64,000 nt of DNA, taken from Podospora anserina. Taxonomy: Eukaryota. The notes below the pieces were generated by a model. The model had not been told where the DNA came from. It did no database searches and saw nothing but the letters and a program-made list of their open reading frames with translations. Both the position numbers and the translations under genes were made by a program. The stretch spans positions 1,798,001 through 1,862,000 of the forward strand of contig CM030337.1 in the NCBI GenBank assembly GCA_017654855.1. The letters are read 5' to 3'. Shown here piece by piece: positions 59,016 to 64,000 of this stretch (positions are counted from its first letter, which is position 1; every line of letters starts with the position of its first letter).

Positions 59016-59544
59016 GGGGGGGATAAACAGCGAGGGGGGGGGGGGTAAAATCAGGTGAGAGCAGGGGGGATATTGTTTTTAATACGGATCTTGTTATGGG
59101 AAGAAGGCGTTTACATTTTGTGGTGGGATTACATGAGGTGGTTTACACATCTATGTCCAGAGAGCGAGATTGCGGTTGATGATGTTGGTCTTTTTCCTTT
59201 TTAATTTTTTTTTTGTGAAAAGAGTTCTCATACAGAAAGTACAAATTTGAGCATTTCCATCCTGTCAATATCTGGGTGATCAAGATTACCTACCTACATG
59301 CCGAAGTTGTCATGTTTCAGGTGCCGAGCAAGAAAACATGGTGATGGAGGTGTATTTTGACTCGGGACCGTCTACTTCCCAGCATCAACGAGCTACTCAG
59401 ACACTACCAGGGCCTCGAGAAGTCAACCGACTTGGATTCGACATCTTCATCCATCCCACATCATGTTTTCATCAAGAGCAGCACATTTCAAGAACAAAAG
59501 ATACAACACACAATTAAAAAGGGTATCATTGCTTCGAAACACAT

Positions 59545-60438
59545 CTACATGCCCGCCCACTCAACACAAAACATCCTCACCTCCCCCTCCCCACGTTTCT
59601 TCCCTCCCTCCTCCTCTTCCCTCTCCGCCCCAAACATAAAACTCTTCTTCACCGCTGTCCCCAGCCGTCCACTAGTAACAATATCCAACATCGGAATCTT
59701 CTCATCCCATCCATAACAGCTACTCAAATAATGAGCATGAAACTTGAACGGATCAGACGGATAAACCGAATACCCTCCACCAAACCTGAGCCCCGGCGTG
59801 GTGAAATAGCCTCGTTTGTTCAGCTCCCTATAAAAAGCAGACGGCTCAGGCAAGTTCTCATCAGCAATAGCACCACTAGTGCCCGCCGGATCAAGCATCG
59901 CATTGCTAGTCGAAGGCGTAATGGCAGGAAGGGCTTCCTCGGGCGCAGGCTGCACAGCAGTCGCCGTCTCAAAAAGCGAGTCACCACCACCACCACCCTC
60001 CTCAACCTTCTGCACCTTCTTCTTCCCCTTCCCCCTCTTACCCTCATGCATCCTCCTCACCGCCTCCTTCTCCTCATCAAACAGCCTCTTGGCCGCCACC
60101 CTCTTCTCCCTCAGCTCCCTCAAATACCCCTCCCTCCTCTTCTCCCCTACACCCGAGCTCATTTCCTTGAGAAGCCTCAAATGATCACCCGCCTCATCAG
60201 CAACATACCCCGCCCCTCTATCAACCACCAACCTCGCCTCCTCCGCCCTCAGCTCCTGCGGCATACTCAGAAACAAGTTCTGCGTAGGGTTCTGCGGCAT
60301 CGTGCCCGTCAGCACCCCGCAGAGCCCAAAACTCCGCCTCAGGACCATCACCGCGTCAATGTCAAAGACGAGGTACCGGCCTGCGATCAGCGAGATCCGG
60401 ACAGGAGGGTGGGTTGGGGTAGAGGTAGAGGTGGCCAT
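59545..60438 (-). CDS. SEN34: tRNA splicing endonuclease subunit Sen34
   Basis: GVLTGTMPQNPTQNLFLSMP, GYFTTPGLRFGGGYSVYPSDPFKFHAHY, GRLGTAVKK. Confidence 0.92.
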   Translation of the reverse strand: MATSTSTPTHPPVRISLIAGRYLVFDIDAVMVLRRSFGLCGVLTGTMPQNPTQNLFLSMPQELRAEEARLVVDRGAGYVADEAGDHLRLLKEMSSGVGEKRREGYLRELREKRVAAKRLFDEEKEAVRRMHEGKRGKGKKKVQKVEEGGGGGDSLFETATAVQPAPEEALPAITPSTSNAMLDPAGTSGAIADENLPEPSAFYRELNKRGYFTTPGLRFGGGYSVYPSDPFKFHAHYLSSCYGWDEKIPMLDIVTSGRLGTAVKKSFMFGAEREEEEGGKKRGEGEVRMFCVEWAGM

Positions 60439-60525
60439 CTTGAAACAACACTGATCTGTAAAGAAAGTTAGAAAGAAACTCCTTTGAATGGTTTTGTACA
60501 TAACAAAAAATGAAGAGAGAGAACC

Positions 60526-60615
60526 AGATATCATAAGCCTTGGACTAGTTCGCGGTCATCACAGAGTATTCAGTGGATTGACAGATTGATACGAAGATTT
60601 GTATAATCATGTAAA
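60526..60615 (-). ncRNA. box C/D snoRNA in the SEN34 5' UTR intron (60679-60456), guide for 18S rRNA
   Basis: Box C-like ATGATTA, 15-nt TCAATCTGTCAATCC antisense to 18S GGAUUGACAGAUUGA, D' CTGA, C' GTGATGA, D-like ATGA; flanked by the inverted repeat GAAGAGAGAGAAACC/GGTTCTCTCTCTTC. Confidence 0.8.
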
Positions 60616-61436
60616 AGAGGTTTCTCTCTCTTCGTTGTGCTGTAAGGCGGGGTGATAGTAGAAATGAAAGTCGACATACCTTGTGTTTGGCGATGCTGCT
60701 CTGAGGAAGAGAGCAGCAACGTTGGAGAAGAAAAAAGAGTTCTGGAGGTGAGTCGCTTTAGAAGCAAATTTATGGGACAGAAAATTTTGTGGGGCTCCAC
60801 TATTCCAGAACAGAAAAAGTCGGCTTGGCTGATTTTCCAGAGAGAAGGGGTCCGTGCAGGCAGATATAGATGGTTAGGGTCAGGGTTGGTGCTGTGAGCA
60901 TCTTCGACTGACGTCGGGTGCAGGTTTGTGAAATGAGGACGTGAATTATAGAGCATGCTTAGCATGTGAATTTGCGTGTTATCAATTCTCCTATTATTCA
61001 TCAGCTACTAGCTACACCGGGGGCTGTAACGGTCGTACATACATTGCAAGCCACAAATTCTCTCGATCCAAAATTGTGAGAAATTGTCAAGACTCAAGAT
61101 ACCACTGAGCATTTCGATGCCCCCTGAAGCAGCCCAGTTCCAACGGTCATGTGCCATTGTCATTTTTCAAAATGTGATCTGCTGCCAGAGCACAGCATCG
61201 TGAGGTTGGTCGCACAGCAGTGCAAAGTAGCTGCATGATAGATCACAAAGCGTCATGACTGATCGGCCCGATGGTCCCGTCTTTGAGGGGCAGTGTGCCT
61301 CAACTCGAGTTCTTGTTGGCCATGGTTCTCGATACAATCATTGTGAGGATAGGTCGGACCAAAGGCGAGGTCAGGACCCGAGTGTAGGAGAAATTGGGAT
61401 CAATATCTGCCTGTCCGAAGCACCCATGGCCCTCGG

Positions 61437-62603
61437 CTAGAAGTCAATCCCATCCCTGATCGTATCAGCAGGTGACTTCTTCTTCTTGTTCTCCTCCTCC
61501 TCCATAGGCGGCAAGCTATAAGGCTTGATATTAAGACCCTTCGTCGCACTCAAGCTAAACGAAAGAGTCTCCCTAAACGAGCTCGTCTCGGCTCCACCAC
61601 CTCCCTTCTCATGATAGATCGGTAGCGTATGTGCCTTCAGCAGCCCCTGTGCCTGTTCTGTCTTCTCAGATGAGCTTGACGGAGGAGCTGCCCCAGGCGT
61701 AGCCGGTAGAGGAATCAGCTCAAGCACTCCATCACACAGCAACTCCATCCACCTAACCAACCCTGAACTCCTTGGGTACAGCGACGTTTGTAGAGTGATA
61801 ATCGCCGTCAGCTGGGTGCTGTACCTTCGTAGTAACGCCCTTAGAGCATGCAAGAATTGCAGTACTTCGGATGGAAGACTGCATTGTGGTGCGTAAAGCT
61901 CTGGCAGCAAAAGACTGGGGATAACCACACGGTGAATATCGCTTGAGGGCGAGGTTTCGAGCTTCGTCTGCAGGTGTCTGATGATGGCTTTTAGAGGAGA
62001 TATACTCGTTGGCTGAGGTCTGGCATCAAACAAAGGTGGCCCAGTGCTCGGTGTTGGATTGAGTGACCCTTTGCAAACAGCTGGCTCGAGGCGCTTGGCG
62101 AGATCGAACGAGTGGCAGAAGGTGGGCTGGTTGGCATCTCCTCGTGGGGTATTTCCTGACGCTGCTGAGTTCCCAAGAGCTTCGTATCTCCATGCAATCT
62201 TCATCTTTTCCTCTTGCGCCGGTGGTGGTTGTTCTGACTTTGATTTCTTGTCGGGTTCGGCTAGGCCCGGGAGGTTCCTCCTCCATTGTGGTGGGTAGCC
62301 GACGAGGTGTACTTGGTGCCCTTGGACGAGGCCTTCGGCAGCATAATATCTGAGTAGGATACCTGAAAAGTCTGTCGTCCCTTGTTCTTCCACCAAAAGA
62401 CAGGTTCCTAGTGGTAACCCACTGTGACCAGCAAGGAGTTGATCTAGCGATGCGGTTCCGGTAGACGTTGTTGGTCGACCGTCCAGCGGCGACGGTCTCA
62501 CACCCGGCGGTGGTGGTTGATTCTCGGCATCTGGTTGCTTTGCCCCTGGGATGGCTCTCCCAGGTCTCGACGATAGTACTGTATTTCTCTTGACGAATGA
62601 CAT
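61437..62603 (-). CDS. ELP4: Elongator complex subunit 4
   Basis: GVRPSPLDGRPTTSTGTASLDQLLAGHSGLPLG, TTDFSGILLRYYAAEG, MKIAWRYE, FCHSFDL. Confidence 0.93.
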   Translation of the reverse strand: MSFVKRNTVLSSRPGRAIPGAKQPDAENQPPPPGVRPSPLDGRPTTSTGTASLDQLLAGHSGLPLGTCLLVEEQGTTDFSGILLRYYAAEGLVQGHQVHLVGYPPQWRRNLPGLAEPDKKSKSEQPPPAQEEKMKIAWRYEALGNSAASGNTPRGDANQPTFCHSFDLAKRLEPAVCKGSLNPTPSTGPPLFDARPQPTSISPLKAIIRHLQTKLETSPSSDIHRVVIPSLLLPELYAPQCSLPSEVLQFLHALRALLRRYSTQLTAIITLQTSLYPRSSGLVRWMELLCDGVLELIPLPATPGAAPPSSSSEKTEQAQGLLKAHTLPIYHEKGGGGAETSSFRETLSFSLSATKGLNIKPYSLPPMEEEENKKKKSPADTIRDGIDF

Positions 62604-62957
62604 GTTTAAAGATTGGTCCGAAAAGTGTAGCTGTCGCGGAAGCTATGGAGGGGTCAATTGGAGGGGTTGGTGACCGATAAGCTCAAAAAGTTTCGATATC
62701 AGTTGCAAGGGACAGCCCCGCCGCCAGCCTCAGTGACAGGGACCCCTGCCCGTGCGGCCCCCACCCGTTTCCCCAAACCTTAGAGCGCTAGTCGTTTTCA
62801 GCCTTGGGATTTTTTTGACTTCAGTCGCAACCAGCAAACACCGGCCCATCACACAAGAGCTCTTGAGTCGTCCAGCACAACCAATTGCTTTATTCTCGCC
62901 AACCCCGTTTACCCTCGCTTCACCACCACCCCCCCTCCCCCCAATACCACAATCAAA

Positions 62958-63470
62958 ATGGCCGGCCTCGGCTCCGACGCCCAGCTCTTCGAGGACAACT
63001 TCCGCGTCCACAAGCTCTCCGACAAGAAATACGACCGCGTCGACCGCATCTACGCCACCTCGGAAGACAAGTCAATCGAGATCACCCTCGACATCAACAA
63101 CGAGCTCTTCCCCTGTAAGGAAGGCGACGAGCTGAACATGCTCATCGCCACCTCCCTCCACTACGACGGCACCAAAGACGACGAGCGCGGCTGGCGCGAC
63201 GTCGCCAAGATGGGTGCGAGCGAGGGCTCGCTTGCCGACCAGTACGACTATGTCTGCTACGGCAAGATTTACAAGTTTGAGGATGGGGAGGACGGGCAGA
63301 CTATGTATGTTTCGCCGACTGGTAACATGGAAAGTAACGGCTGACACGAGTGGAAATACAGCAAGGCATACATCTCCTTCGGCGGGCTGCTGATGTCTCT
63401 TGTCGGGCCTTACAAGAAGCTCACCCCGTTGAGGGTGGAATACGTCTACCTCTTAGTTCGCAGACGATGA
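62958..63470 (+). CDS. RPB8: RNA polymerases I/II/III shared subunit RPABC3 (one intron)
   Basis: LFEDNF, KKYDRVDRI, TLDINNELFP, SLADQYDYVCYGKIYKF, then AYISFGGLLMSL...VYLLVRRR*. Confidence 0.95.
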
Positions 63471-63779
63471 TCAACTTGATTATGGACAGCAAACCACACC
63501 ATCGGACGAGAGCGCTCATGTTGGCTAAACGAGAGAGGGGAAAGACTTTGCTTGCGTCTATAATATGAAATCTATCAAAGGAATAGCCATTTCTCCAAGC
63601 GCGCCCGCAACCAAAGACCTTTTCGAGAAGCAAGAAGAGAGACAAGGAGTAGTACAGCATGGGGAATCTGGCGTTAAGGGTGCAAAAGGAACAAATTTAT
63701 GGACAGGAACAAAAAAAAAGCTGGCGGATAGGGGCAATGACAGAAGAGATACCCAGAAACGGAGCTAGCTTCTTCTTCT

Positions 63780-64000
63780 TCAACACCTCGTATCAGGGTG
63801 CTGGTAATCCCAGTGTGGTCCAGGAAAGGGAATGAAGCGATGGGCCCGGGCGCAAATCTGGTCATAGTATGGCTCGTTTTCCGGAGTGTAGACACCGTGT
63901 CTCGCAAAGAAATCGAGCATGACCATGGCGCAATTGGGCTTCCACAACCCCTGGGCAAGCTGCTCCTGGATCTCCTCCACCGTATGTAGACTAAAGCTCT
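63780..64000 (-). CDS. C-terminal part of a Nudix hydrolase (YJR142W-like), 5' end beyond the window
   Basis: ...EEIQEQLAQGLWKPNCAMVMLDFFARHG...ICARAHRFIPFP. Confidence 0.65.
   Translation of the reverse strand, partial: SFSLHTVEEIQEQLAQGLWKPNCAMVMLDFFARHGVYTPENEPYYDQICARAHRFIPFPGPHWDYQHPDTRC

Noticed and set aside
51516-60471. Long antisense ORFs (51516-52331, 57519-58454, 59731-60471)
   Set aside because: Shadows of SYF1, the Asi-like ligase and SEN34 caused by codon bias.
60694-60718. Hairpin TGCTGCTCT...AGAGCAGCA upstream of the SEN34 5' UTR intron
   Set aside because: A short inverted repeat with no recognisable motif; could be chance.
1-64000. CRISPR array, rRNA genes, Starship captain, Spok-type meiotic driver, amyloid-motif NLR
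   Set aside because: No repeat-spacer array, rRNA, tyrosine recombinase, Spok-like ORF or HET-s-like motif was recognised; the only rRNA-matching stretch is the 15-nt snoRNA guide.

Overview
Fungal (filamentous ascomycete, Sordariomycete-like; genus not provable from sequence alone) nuclear DNA with short GT-AG introns, in two sharply different halves. ~1-45 kb is a decaying accessory region: small secreted proteins, a secreted tyrosinase-like enzyme, hydrolases, three dispersed paralogs of an ADP-ribosyltransferase-like (DUF7587-type) gene, a RIP-degraded Copia-type gag relic, a HET-domain gene next to a head-to-head AAA-ATPase / Walker-A-less NACHT-like pair, and an L-lysine alpha-oxidase-like gene divergent from a sarcosine/pipecolate oxidase-like gene, plus several pseudogenes. 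~45.6-64 kb is compact housekeeping DNA: SDR, intron-containing tRNA-Gln(TTG), SYF1, VMA8, U1A, an Asi-like RING ligase, SEN34, ELP4, RPB8 and a partial Nudix gene. The best non-coding signals are (i) a perfect U1 snRNA stem-loop II mimic (9-bp stem, loop ATTGCACTCC) that buries the first 5' splice site of the U1A gene itself, suggesting splicing-level autoregulation, and (ii) an intronic box C/D snoRNA antisense to 18S rRNA in the SEN34 5' UTR intron. Family names come from motif recognition by eye, not database searches, and exon boundaries were read manually.
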